A stretch of DNA of 64,000 bases. Source: Amoebidium appalachense (lineage: Eukaryota; Protista; Ichthyosporea). Below, one piece after another: positions 36,294 through 64,000 of this stretch. The notes under the pieces are model-generated. The model saw nothing but the letters and a program-made list of their open reading frames with translations. It ran no database searches and was not told the origin of the DNA. Both the position numbers and the translations under genes were made by a program. Each line of letters opens with the position of its first letter. Position 1 is the first letter of the stretch. The stretch lies in the NCBI GenBank assembly GCA_963693365.1, contig CAVNZM010000010.1, forward strand, positions 5,767,794-5,831,793. The letters run 5' to 3'.

Positions 36294-36361
36294 TTGAATG
36301 CATTGAATACGCCACAAGACACATACACCATATGAGTAGCATGGTGCGCAGGACACATGCA
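36294..36361 (-). mobile_element. Diverged subfamily B-like fragment between the convergent RPB5 and arrestin genes
   Basis: poly(G)-TTGAATGC..AGCATGGTGC..AGGACACATGCA-poly(G). Confidence 0.6.
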
Positions 36362-36836
36362 GGGGGGGGGGGGGGGGGGGGGGGGGGGGAGCATGTGTGT
36401 GTATGTGCGCGCACAAAGTAATTTTCAGCAAGGATGGACAAAATTTATAGGTAATCAATTCTATATAAATACATTATCAACACTAGGAGTAGGTCTTATT
36501 GCGTGATTAATATGTAGGAAGGGATAAATGCGCCCACGGATAATAGTAGGACTAACAGGAGAATTGGACAGTGTAGAGTATGAAATAGTGGCTACAATAG
36601 TATCGGTGCTGGCTGTATCACTGATGGATAGAGAATAAGAGAAAAAGGAAACAGAACGAGTAGGGTATCATCAGGTGTGCGCGGGGGATTTATCTTGTTT
36701 GTCTTTGTGTAGTGTGCGTGTGTGTGCATGAGTGTACATGTGCGTGTGCGTGACTGTGTGCACATGCCTGGCCAACCGTTTTTGAGACAGCGTGTGGTCT
36801 TCTCGTTTACATGCTACAATCACCAATATCAACTAG

Positions 36837-38150
36837 CTACAACGTATTATCCGCATATGCAACATGAGTCTGATTCAACGGACTGGGTGCCAATGGCACG
36901 ATTTGGCCCTGCGGTGGCGCACCTGCAGCCGACAAACTAGAAGAACGCCCCGTTCTACTCCGTCTATAAAGCGACCCCACCCACGAATTAGAACCCCCCT
37001 CCGAATTTGCAGCCGCCGCGTCAAAAGAACACCTCCTTCTACTGACAACAGTTTCCTCCAATCCAAACCACGTGTGCGTTTTAAAATCATCGCCGCTTCC
37101 AAACATTCCAAATATGGAAGCGCGTCCACCGCTCCCGTTGCTTCCATTCGATTGGATGCTACCGCTGCTGTTGCTATGCAACGGACCGACGGTTGTACCA
37201 GTGCTTGCACGTGCGCGAAGTGGAAGCGAACACCAACTTGAAGACTTAACGGATCCGAGCGTGAAAGTGAGCGCATGTTGCGCGCAATCCGGGCAAGTCC
37301 CAGGCGATTGGTGCATTAGCGCATGCCGGGCTAGCTCGGGAGCGGCGACCGCCAACGGACGAGATAAAACCGGAGAATCGTCGTATGCGGGTGGTTTCTG
37401 TTGGGAAAAACTACCAAATAAGGACCTGTAGCGGGAGTTGCTGGAGCTGGAACATTCTGGTTGGTTCTCGCGATGGGGTTCATCATCGCCGGCGCCTGAT
37501 TGGTCGGTTGGATAATCGGCGATCTCGAACGAGAAGCAGTCATCGATACTGGTCTGCACCTCACCCACCACCGTCGAGGGGGTTACCGTAGCAACATTGC
37601 CCGTAAGTGACCCATTTTGTGGTGCAGAACACTCATTCTCGTTGATTGGTTGTTCTGTTGCACGTCGTTGGGTGAATGTTTGTGATTGGGTGAATTTTGG
37701 CGGAACTAAAACGAGAGGTATGCGCACAGTCGTATGTTTTTGCCCCAAGGGACCATGTGCAACCGTGACCTCAATATGGTATGTGATTGCTACGGCATAA
37801 GTGTCTGCCATACGACCGGTGGTGGTGGGAGCCACATGACGACCCACGGTTAGGCACGAGTCACTGAGGTCGGTTCGGGCCAAAAGGCTGAACCGAAAGT
37901 CTTGCAGTTGGCCCGGCCCGATATTAACAGTGCGTTTGGACTTGTCCACGGCCCATGAGCGCTTAAGGTATGAGGGGGATGTGTATGGCTGCAGGCACTC
38001 GAATGTCTGTGTGGAAACAAACGATTGGTTAGTTGGCCATTCAAAACGGTTCGTGAGATATTCTGTCAACTTAGGAAGATTTAAGTTTGGAAGTGATAGC
38101 TGCTGCTTTTTTTTTTTTTTTTTTTTTCTTTGTTTGGTAGGGCGGGGAGA

Positions 38151-38206
<56 letters not shown>

Positions 38207-38907
38207 GGCCTAGCTCCGAGGAGGGGGTTGGTGGTGGTGGTGGGAAAGGGAGGGAGGGAGGGAGGGAAGGAGGGGTGTTGGTGTTGTGTGGTGGTGGTGG
38301 TGGGTGGGTGCCTGGTGGGGAGTGGATGGGTGGGTGGGGGCGGGGGGGGAGGGGGGGGGGGGGGGGAAGAGGCCTAGGGGGAGAGGGGGGGGGGGGGGGA
38401 TGAGAGGGAGGGAGGGAGGTAGGGAGGGGTGTTGGTGGTGTGGTGGTGGTGGTGATGGGTGGGTAGGTGGGTGGGTGGGAAGGGGGGGGGGGGTGGTTGG
38501 GGGGGGGGGGGGGGGGGGGGGGGAGTGTGGGGGGAGGGGGGGGGGGGGGATCCGGGAGGGGGAAGGGAGGGAGGGAGGGAGGGAGGGAGGGGTGTTGGTG
38601 GTGTGGTCACGGGTGGTTGTGGTGGGTGGGTGGATGGGTGGATAGGTGGGTCGGTGGGGAGGGGAGGGGGGGGGGGGGGGGGGGGAAGGGAGGGAGGGAG
38701 AGATGGAGGCCGGGCGTTGGTGGTGTGGCGGAGGAGGTGGGTGGGTGGCCCCAGTGGGTGGGTGGGTGGGTGGGGAGGGGGGAGGGAGGGGGGGAGGGGG
38801 AGGGAGGGAAAGAGGGAGGGAGGGAGGGGGTGGTGGTGGTGTGGTGGGTGGGTGGGGAGGGGGGGGGGGAGGGGTCGGGTGGTTGGGTGGGTGGGTGGGT
38901 GGGGGAA

Positions 38908-38987
<80 letters not shown>

Positions 38988-39563
38988 TGGAGGGGTAGAA
39001 GGGTGGCCATAAACAATACCTGAAAATAAGCGACCTTCACCGTACGGCACACCGTGTCAGCCTGGTTGTTCACAAACACCTCCACCCTCACGGGGCTATC
39101 TGTCGTCTGCACACTGTGTTTCAAACGCACGTCCACCCGTGTCATCCCCCCACTTGGCCATGTGACTGACTCAACGGCGGCTGTAGGGGGTGCCGACGAA
39201 ATTGGGGTGTAGGGCGCAGGAAGAAGAATGATGGGGGTCATGCCGAGTACTGCGGACTCCTTACAGCAGGTGGTCTGCAAATTTATGAAAATTTAATGCA
39301 GAGAGATTAAAAAGAGCTTTTCAATGACATGCAATCATTATGTTGACGGTATTACAACCGTTTTGATATCATTAATTATAGTATTTGTGTCCGTTTGACA
39401 AGGTCTTCCCGATGTCGCTACGTATTTGGATTTTTAAGTACTTTGATTCAACGTGTCTGTGACAGGTGTGCTCGGGACGCAGTGCAATGCATGTGTCGCG
39501 TTTAGCCCCCCAGTTGCTGTGTATACCCTAACAGCTAGTGCAGGTGAGTGTCGTGTGTGTGGG

Positions 39564-39650
<87 letters not shown>

Positions 39651-39907
39651 GCGTGCTTGTGTGTGTGTGGCCCAACTTGAACAGTTTTTTTTTTTTTTTT
39701 TTGGGGGGGGGGGGGGAGGGGGGAGGGGGGGGGCTTTATTGCATTCTTCCCGGCCCAAAGGTCACATTTTTGTCCCCATTCTCCTCCCGAGTCCTTACAT
39801 ATTCTCTCTTCTCTTTCTTTCTTTCTCTCTTTCTTTCCCAAGTTCTCTTGGCTCAGCGGTTTACGCTGTTTACTCGAGGACAGAGACCAGTCTCAGGTGG
39901 TGGTGGT

Positions 39908-39945
<38 letters not shown>

Positions 39946-41231
39946 ATCGGTAAGCATCAGTATACCCTCAGTGTTCCTTTTCCGCCCTTTCTTTGGTTCC
40001 CTGGGAAAGTTTATTTCCGTTTCCTTTTTTCTTCTTCCTCCCCCCCCCCCCCCCCCCTCCCCCCCCCTCCTCTTCCCCTCTCTGCTCTGAAAAAAAATGG
40101 GGGGGGGGAGGGGGGAGGGGGGGGGGGGGGGGGGGGGGGGAAAGGGGGACGGTTTGGGTGGAGCCTGCATATTCGCTATGATACTGTGCCACCTACAGAA
40201 ATAATAGACTAGACGGGTCATGGGACTCAGGCTGTTTGCTGTCGGAGTCAGCCAGTTCATTTCAAAATGCAGAATGGGTGTACGTTTTCAATATACACTA
40301 CTCCCATGCTCACTGAATCCGATTGGCAAGAGGCCTAACCGCACTATGGGGTGGAAAGGAACAAAATAGATTTGCAAACGACTGTTGTAGAGCTACCTGA
40401 TTGGTCAAGATTGAAAACGTATGAGCCAATCAAAATCTTTTGACGGAGTTTTTTTGGGCGGGAAATTTCGTGATATTACAATATCACGATTCACATCGCA
40501 GGCATTGCGCAGGCATGATCATCATAATGTTGAACACACTCGCCACACAGTGTATACGTATATACGGCCCGTTACAGTTTTTGAGTTTTCGCTTGGCTAT
40601 TGAAAACCTCATTATATTCCTATTTCTGTTTTCCCCTATCTCATCGTAATGTTAGCTCATGTGCACGCGCCATGTCGTCCAAGCGCTCTTACGAAAGTGC
40701 ACTTGGCGTCATTTGCGTCATTTGTAGCGATTGGTTGAAACAGCACCATGGCTCCATGGCGTTGACCAATGGCAGCTCGCCCAGACCGTAGTAAGATCAT
40801 CGTGCGACCCTATTTTGTTCCTTTCCACCCCATAGGTTTTTTTATATTCAAAATTATCACGTTTTATTCCCGGAGGACCTTTTGCAGGCCACCGCAGTGC
40901 CCTCGAGGGAACTACCGTATACCACACAGCACTGACAGTATACTATGTGACACTACTTAGGGCTAACCACACTATTTATTAAAGGACTTACCCGGCCCGT
41001 CACGGCCACGTGCCAGACCACCGCATGCCACTGGCCCTCAAAACTGGTCGGCAGCTGGGAGGTAGAGGGGATGCGCAGGCTGAAGGGGTAGCGGTGCTCC
41101 CCCGGCTCAATCATAAAGTCATTGCCCAATAGCCTGTATTAAGGGGTGGATATGGTTAATTAAGCTAACTGTGTGTGTGTGTGTGAGCGTGTGTGTGACA
41201 GTCACGGTGTGTCTGTGCGCGAGTGCGCATG

Positions 41232-41310
<79 letters not shown>

Positions 41311-41376
41311 GTGTGTGTGCAGGTGTGTCTGTGTTTGTGTATGTGTGTGCTTGACAATGTGTGTGTGTCTCGCTCT

Positions 41377-41452
<76 letters not shown>

Positions 41453-41779
41453 GAGGGCGGGGGGAGGGGGTGGGGGGGGGGAGGAGGGGATGGGGAGCAC
41501 CCACAACGTGGCAAGAGGTTCGGTGCCCAGCGGCAGCAGGCGGCTGCACTGAGGCCTTAGGCCATGGTCAACCAATCGGAGGCGAGCATACACCGACACA
41601 GTGAGGTTGCGGAAATGTAGACTGGATGACGTGGTGCACTTTAAACCCCCTGCATTATGGGTTTATCGCGAAGATAATTTGAGTTCTGACACCGTACTAA
41701 GTTTTCTTTTTTCTTTTTTTCTTTTTCTTTTTTTCTTTTTCTTTTTCTTTTTCTTTTTCTTTTCTTTTCTTTTCTTTTT

Positions 41780-41813
<34 letters not shown>

Positions 41814-42612
41814 GATTTATATTTGTGACTCAGGGCAAAACAGTGTGATGAGCAATGTACCACCAGGTACCACCATTATGGCCCACTGTAGATTCGAGCT
41901 CAATGAGCCCGACGAACTTTCAAAGGTATACAGTGAATGGCGTAAATAATTTATACCCAGCATCGGGGCACCGCCTGACAGTGTGTCACTACCTTTAGTG
42001 AGAAAGATGGAATTTTAAGGGCGTGACAGTTTCACTCGAGGCCTGCTGAGGGGCGAACTTATGATCGGATTGGATGTTAGTACTAAGATTAAGCCTTAAG
42101 GCACCTAACCTTTGTGATAGAGTATTTGGAGACTAGATTTCTAATAGAGAGTTGGGGGCCTCGACTCTGAGGGGGGACGAAGAGGGGGGCTGGGGGGGGG
42201 GGGGGGGGGGGGGGGGGAGGGGGGGGGGGAGGGGGGGGGGGGGGGGGGGCTGGCTAAGAAACTTTAAGGGAGAGCGAGTAAGAGAGAAAAGAATCTGGGC
42301 CTCACTGAATAATGATCATCTGGCAGAAAGAGGAGAGCAGCTACAGTTTTACGTCTGCCTGGTCTCCTTTAAAATCCTACAAACCGTTCAGTGAAAAATG
42401 TGAAGTGAACAACTGGCAGGCAAAGCAAAATGAACACGTGTCACGGCCTGATGTTCAAGGACTCTGAGCCAGGGTGTTATAGTACCTTCCAAGGTTTGGC
42501 CCAGGACGACGTTCTCAGCATCCAAAGACACGGACGTCTGCACGTGTGGGTGCTTGGCCCCACGCATGCATTTGCAGCGATGGGTGACCGTGTTGGTGAT
42601 TGTGGCGGGCAT
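36837..42612 (-). CDS. Alpha-arrestin (arrestin N and C domains, PPxY-containing tail)
   Basis: Exons 42486-42612 (VVLGQTLEG), 41505-41649, 40992-41133 (PGEHRYPFSLRIP..LPTSFEG), tentative ~40151-40192, 39020-39274 (VRVEVFVNNQ..VKVAYFQ), 36837-38069 (ITYHIEVTV..VRIPLVLV; PPAY motif; Ser-rich tail). Confidence 0.85.
38105..38995. repeat. G-rich low-complexity intron with a ~79-nt pure G run (38908-38986)
   Basis: Direct inspection: GGGA/GGGT/GGT repeats and homopolymers. Confidence 0.9.
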
Positions 42613-45057
42613 TTTTTTCCCAACAGATTCACAATTCGACTACTAGTAGGCGATAGTAATTTTACTCTTCGGCGTGACTGTCACGACGTACATAACGATA
42701 TGTAGTATAAGTAGTGATTATCGATGAGCTGCGTTCAACTACCTTTCGAGCCGCGTTACCCCGGGGCCCTGGTGTGCCAGTGTCACCTTACTACGAGACT
42801 CTTCTGAGCGAGGGGACTCGAGAAACAGAAAGACTGGGTCAGAAAGGCCGCCACGGAAGCTTTCCTTTTTTCGCTGTCACTGACGTGACCGTCAGAGTGA
42901 AAGTTGCAGTGGTGTAACTTGTGGCCTAACTGCGTGCCGCGGATGTCACCAGATGATGGAGTGTTCGGACGGGGACTGCGTGAGCATGGCTGTGCACCGT
43001 GAATAATTCAATAATGGTCCTGCTCTCGCTCACACGCCCCAAAAGCTTACAAAACGAAAACTTGTGATACTCAGTCAACTGAGGGGGCTTTGCGTCATTT
43101 ATAAGACACCCCAGCCTCCAGTCAAAAAGCCTACGCAGCTTTGTACAACATGCTCAGGGTCACGTGCCCAAGGGGAGAGATAACGGGACTAATAATAAAA
43201 GAATTTATCATATCATCTTGATATGTATTAGCTTGATCGAATCCAGTGGCCTGGAAAAGAAAACTCCCAGGAGAAGAAACACTATGCTATAATGTAAATT
43301 AAAAAAGGAAAGCAAAGAAAACCCCTCCACAAACTGACAAAATGGTAACTGACCTATACAATCTTGCAAAAAAGAAAACAGCTTGATACAAGATCGACAC
43401 AGGCTGTGTGGGGATGTCTGCACACGCGTGCCACCGCCCACGCCTCTCAGCACGCTGTTCGTATGGAATGTAGATCGGCTAAAATTTACCAATCATACTC
43501 CTTTGTATTATTAGAGCCAATCAAATCATCATATTGCCTGACGACAGTCACACAGTGTATTGAACAGCCAGAATCTAACAACTTTGCAAAGTTAGTGCTA
43601 ATCAAAAAACCTGCCGTCCAAATGGCTGTAATATCCGAATATAAAGAAGCAGGTTGACATACTTGCAAATGGTTATCCGTGCCTATAAATACTCATTCAA
43701 GTAGCATTATTTGACTGCTATGCTTACGAATAAACCATACTCACAGGCGATATGCTGAGCGGCATTTTTTGGTAGATTCTGACTATTCAACTATGGATCT
43801 CCCTAAACTAATTCTATTGAGCTGGGGCCCCAGGTCAGCAGGATTCTCGACTCTCGAGATCTACATATTATTTTTGTTGTAACGTTGTCACGTTCCTAAA
43901 TGTGTATCTTGTTCGGTGGAAGTATTGTTGGAATTGGTGCCGACACATCATCACGGCTCACCTGGATGTTGTTAATAGACAACACATTCCCTATCATTTT
44001 CATTACAAACATAAAACCATCTTGCAATTTTGTTGCAAATTTAAATGCTTCTTTGGAATTCGGAGTTTAACTTTTGTACATTAGATGATTGGCAACGAAG
44101 GTTAAGTGCGGGCATTCTATTAGCCTAAACATTAAGTTTTATATCTTGACACTCACATGACCTATGATTTCCCAACAGATTTATTTGTAGAACTGTTACG
44201 AACACAGTGCACTTCCCAAATCCCTTTGTCTCATTCTTTTTACACAGACCCCATGATTTTGCAGGTTTTTGGGGCGGCTCCGAAATGAACGTCATCCCGG
44301 CCCGGCATCACGACTCGCGAAATTCGGTACAGTGCACACAGCACTGGTGGCCTACTACATATCTACTGAGTGTTTATGATATATATAGAAGTAAATCATG
44401 ATTACATACATGTGAGCTCCTAATCAAAATGCATACATATCTAATACAATATATTCACAATCTATATTGATGGTTGCGAGCACGAGGGATTCGTAGGCCT
44501 AGGTGGGCAAGATCTAGCTAGAAGTAGGAATCCCGGGCTGAGGATCAGGCGTGCGGATCACGTCATTGCTCATCATCGCACTCGGGGGATGCATGATCTG
44601 GTGGATCCGATGGAGCGAGCCTCACTCACACTCACCTCACACTCTCTGAGGTCCTAAATTTATAAATCAGAGAGCTAAAATTTATAATAATTTGTAAATG
44701 TTATTATTAGGGGCAAGCTAACGTTGGCTGCAATTGGCACATGTACATGTGCATGTATACGTTCAAGTTTGTCAGCCCACACTTTGAAATGAAATGTCAT
44801 GTCTCTCTCCGTCTCAGAGTCTCTCTCTCTGTGTGTGTGTGTGTTGTGTGTGCCAGTGTGTGTGTAAGGTGTAAGGTGTGTATGTGACAAGTCTGTGCCT
44901 GCTGTGCACGCCCCAGAGCCGTACGTGTGTGTTTTCCGCCTGGCGGCGTGCCAGTGGTGTGCATGTCACGGCCACGCTGTTCGTGTCACCACGTGTGGAA
45001 AGTGATAGAAGGGGGGGGGGGAGGGGGGGGGGGGGGGGGGGAGAGAGAGAGAGAGAG

Positions 45058-45124
<67 letters not shown>

Positions 45125-45925
45125 TGTGTGTGTGTGTGTGTGTGATTGTGTGAAGGGGGGGGGGGGGGGGGGGAGGGGAGGGAAAGGGTGGGGGGGGGGG
45201 GGGGGGGGGGGGGGCTCCCATCGAACTGTGTAGCATGGGCATCGTGATCATGATTATAATGTGTCAGGGGGTGACTTTGCATAGAGCATAGATATCGATA
45301 GCGTTGCAAATTTATGAGCAGAGTCTAACCGACGCCTGGTCAGTTACAAGTCATAAAACATTCGGTTCATTTTCGAGCAAATAAATCAAGGCTAACTCTC
45401 AGTCAAGTCCGTGTCGGACATCGACCACACACACCCAAGGTTACGGTACAGTACAGTAACAGAATATTTACTGACAGGTCGGAGAATGTTTTATGTCCTG
45501 CCGGGTGAATATAATCACTTGGTGTTACGAAGTTGTGCAACAAGTGGTGCTTGGAAACCAATTTTGAATGTAGAAAAAAAGTGGAAAGTGCATGGCAGGC
45601 CCATGGCAGCTAAGTGTAACATAGCTTACTATGCTTTAAATATTATAATTTCTTTTAACAGAACACCGGGAAGGGAAACCCGGGGCTTTCTTAAACGTTC
45701 AAACTGTTTGTCATTGTAGGTCCCGATTGCTACCCAATACCGATTGATATGGACTATGTACATGCATATGCAACCGTGCAACAACACTAAATGAGCAATA
45801 AAGAAAAGGCCACACACAACTGTGCACATTTTATCCACACACAATCAGCAACCCAACTACAAATGATCATTCCCATGATACGACAGGAACAATACAGGCT
45901 ATACATACCATTATTACTATGTACG

Positions 45926-61687
<15,762 letters not shown>

Positions 61688-61783
61688 GCTCAGTCATGGT
61701 GCAGGCAGCCCAACGTAACCAGGCATGAGCTATAAATAGCACCACAAAATAGCCTTATATGGCGAAATGCGGTGCGCTCAAAT

Positions 61784-61806
61784 CCAATCAGATCGAAGTG
61801 ACGTCA
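61784..61806. promoter_or_regulatory. CCAAT box plus CRE palindrome upstream of the putative ZnT5 start
   Basis: CCAAT 61784-61788 and TGACGTCA 61799-61806, about 120 bp upstream of the ATG at 61678/61687. Confidence 0.4.
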
Positions 61807-62326
61807 TCAGAGTGCTCTTGAGTCTTCAGCGGGGTGTGTTTCGTCGTTTTATTTTTCAGAAGAGTCTCTGGAGAGAAAGCGCTGATGCGCAGCGTGTTTA
61901 AGTTGGTGCGCAGAACAGGGCGGACAAAAAAGCTATAGTGGAACACTATCCTGGGTGCTCTTCGTTAAGTAAACAACATGCAATATTCCAAAACAGCTGG
62001 ATGTGCAGCATTGTTTTTTTTTCTAAACCTCCAAGCCAAGCCAAAACATCTAGTATGTACTTATCAAACCTCGAGGACTAGCACACGTGCGGCAGGACAT
62101 GCTTCGCCTACCAATTTTTGAGTCATAAGGAGACTTGTGTCTATCAACCACTGTGTCTGTATCTATTACAGCTAGTGCAACATTTTCTGAAAAACGAAGC
62201 AACACTTTTGACAAATCAACCGCGTCCACCAAATAAGAAAGACAGAGAGCTAAGACCCCCCCCTCCCCCCCCCCCCCCCCCAAAAAAAAAAAAAAAAAAA
62301 AAGGAATAAATAATAATAATAGTAAT

Positions 62327-63715
62327 CTAAGACTTTGGCTGATGCTGGGTGTAGAAAGGTTGCAGGGCCTCCTGCAGCTTTGTAGGGTCTATTCTATGCC
62401 GCATGATTTCTTTGCCCTCGAGGTGCAGCACGGGGATATCAAACTTGTACTTCCTGAACCATTCCTTGTTCTCTGGTAGGCTGATGTCCACAACATCCAG
62501 AGTATGCGGCAGCTGTGCAACAGAGACAGGGCTCAGTTTTTATGTGGGTGACACTCATCAAAGAGGCAAAGTTCAGAGTTTAGTGCACAAGCAAAGGTAC
62601 TGCCGTGCCAGGGGAAGGAAGGGGCGGTGGGGGGGGGGGGGGGTTTGAATGCGGAACACAGTACGAAGTACGCATAAACGATGAGAAGCATGGTGCAGGA
62701 CACATGCAATGGCAAACATTCAAGTATGCAACATCAGCCATGCGCAGTATGCATCATAAGCAGAAAGGGGGGAGGGGGACGGGACGGGGGAAGCAAAGGG
62801 ATTACACTGAGAGCCATTAACATGTTTCTCTGAGCGTCCCTGCCACTCTTTCGGTAGGGTCAAGGGGGTTGAAATACAGTCGAGGGCAGAGGGGGGAAAG
62901 GAAGGGGAAGGGGAGGACTGGGAGGGGGGGGGGGGAAGGGGGGGAGCGAGGAATGGAGGAAAGGGGGAAATGGGGAGGGAGAGAGTGTGGGTGAGAGAGA
63001 GAGAGAACAGAAGAAAAAAGAGAGATGGGGGGGAGGGGGGAAAGAGAGAGGGAGAGGGGCGGGGAGGGGGGGGGGGAGGGAGAGAGAGGGGGGGGGGGGG
63101 AGGGGGGGGGGGAACGGGAGATGAGTCAGCAACAGGGAGGGAAAGGGGGCAGAGAGAGATGTTCTCGCATTGAAGAGAAAAGGGAACAGTGGGGGAGGGT
63201 GACGGGCGAGGGCCGGAGAAGGAAGAGAGGGGTGGGGCGGGTCGGTATCTAAAAACTGGATGAGAAGAGAGTCGAGCGAAGGGGAGAGAGAGACAGAGAG
63301 TGACTCGAAGAATGGGGCCAGGGGAAAGGGGGGGAGGGGGGGGACAGGAGCGGGGTAGAAAACTGCACGTGCGTACATTTGCTCAAACAAACAGCGAAAA
63401 AAAGAAAACACCACAATTCGCTCATGTGCTTGGTGGCGTACCTGTGGCTGCAGTCTCTGAAGCACGTCCTTTGCTATGTCGCACAGAGAGCAGGTCCCAG
63501 CCTGTAGAGGGTAGCAGTTAAAGAACGCCCTATAACAATATCACTCATGAGCACGTAGTGGTCTGACTCAGTGACTACCGCAGTGCACGTGTGCAAGCTA
63601 TCCCTGTTAAAGAGTGATTGTGTTGCGCAAATCTTTCTCCCATGTTCCTGCAAGCCCAGGCTGAAAGTCTCTCTACCTTGCTGTATAGAGTTAGCCGCGG
63701 TAGTCTCGACGCCAT
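62327..63715 (-). CDS. Glutaredoxin-like protein (DUF836 / C5orf63 family), 94 aa
   Basis: Exons 63677-63715 (MASRLPRLTLYSK), 63442-63501 (AGTCSLCDIAK; CxxC), 62327-62512 (VDISLPENKEWFRKYKFDIPVLHLEGKEIMRHRID). All introns are phase 0, GT-AG. Confidence 0.92.
62644..62764 (-). mobile_element. Subfamily B truncated copy (glutaredoxin-like gene intron 2)
   Basis: poly(G)-TTTGAATGCGGAACACAGTACGAAGTAC..CATAAGCAGA. Confidence 0.85.
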
Positions 63716-63839
63716 TTTTTTTTTTTTCCACAGCTGCAAGTGCTGGAAGCCGGAATGCTTCTTGTTTACGGCCGTAGAAGTGAAACTCAGTGGTGTGGTC
63801 CGTGAGCGGTGAGGTGGCCCGCCAGTGCAATTGTATTGA

Positions 63840-63851
63840 TGACGTCACGTG
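63840..63851. promoter_or_regulatory. Overlapping CRE (TGACGTCA) and E-box (CACGTG) upstream of the glutaredoxin-like gene
   Basis: TGACGTCACGTG, about 125 bp upstream of the ATG at 63715. Confidence 0.4.
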
Positions 63852-64000
63852 TAGAACGTAAAGACACACCCCTCCATCCTTCTATTAGACTTGCATTTAT
63901 TCGCACTTTTGTCTTCCCGGCATGTGAATATGGTTTACCCCTTCTCGCCGCTTGGATCAAGAAAGAGAGAACTAGAGCGCTTAAACCCTTGGCAAATTTC

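Noticed and set aside
44878-45010. GC-rich exon-like patch between arrestin and ZnT5
   Set aside because: No recognisable motif in any frame and no consistent partner exons.

Overview
Eukaryotic, intron-rich genomic DNA. The gene set (ULK3 with MIT-MIT-CaaX, long-form ZnT5, alpha-arrestin) suggests a holozoan, possibly unicellular; this is inference only. Introns are saturated with poly(G)/poly(C) runs and (CA)n/(GT)n microsatellites, so most ORFs in the supplied track are artefacts. Manual splicing recovers seven protein genes: PAT1/PATL (-, 3' end outside the window), a tandem-CBM20 protein without a catalytic domain (+), ULK3 (-, three GC-AG introns, DFN motif), RPB5 (+, complete 210 aa), an alpha-arrestin (-), ZnT5/SLC30A5 (-) and a C5orf63/DUF836 glutaredoxin-like gene (-). 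The most notable signal is a dispersed non-coding element with about 15 copies in several subfamilies. It usually abuts a poly(G)/poly(C) tract at a shared end, is variably truncated at the other end, and is co-oriented with its host gene in all 14 intronic cases. It carries a covarying RNA structure containing all three hammerhead-ribozyme core strands (GUU, GAAA, CUGANGA) in a non-canonical order. The working hypothesis is a poly(C)-targeting, Penelope-like non-autonomous retroelement with a topologically new hammerhead; neither activity nor family assignment can be proven from this window.
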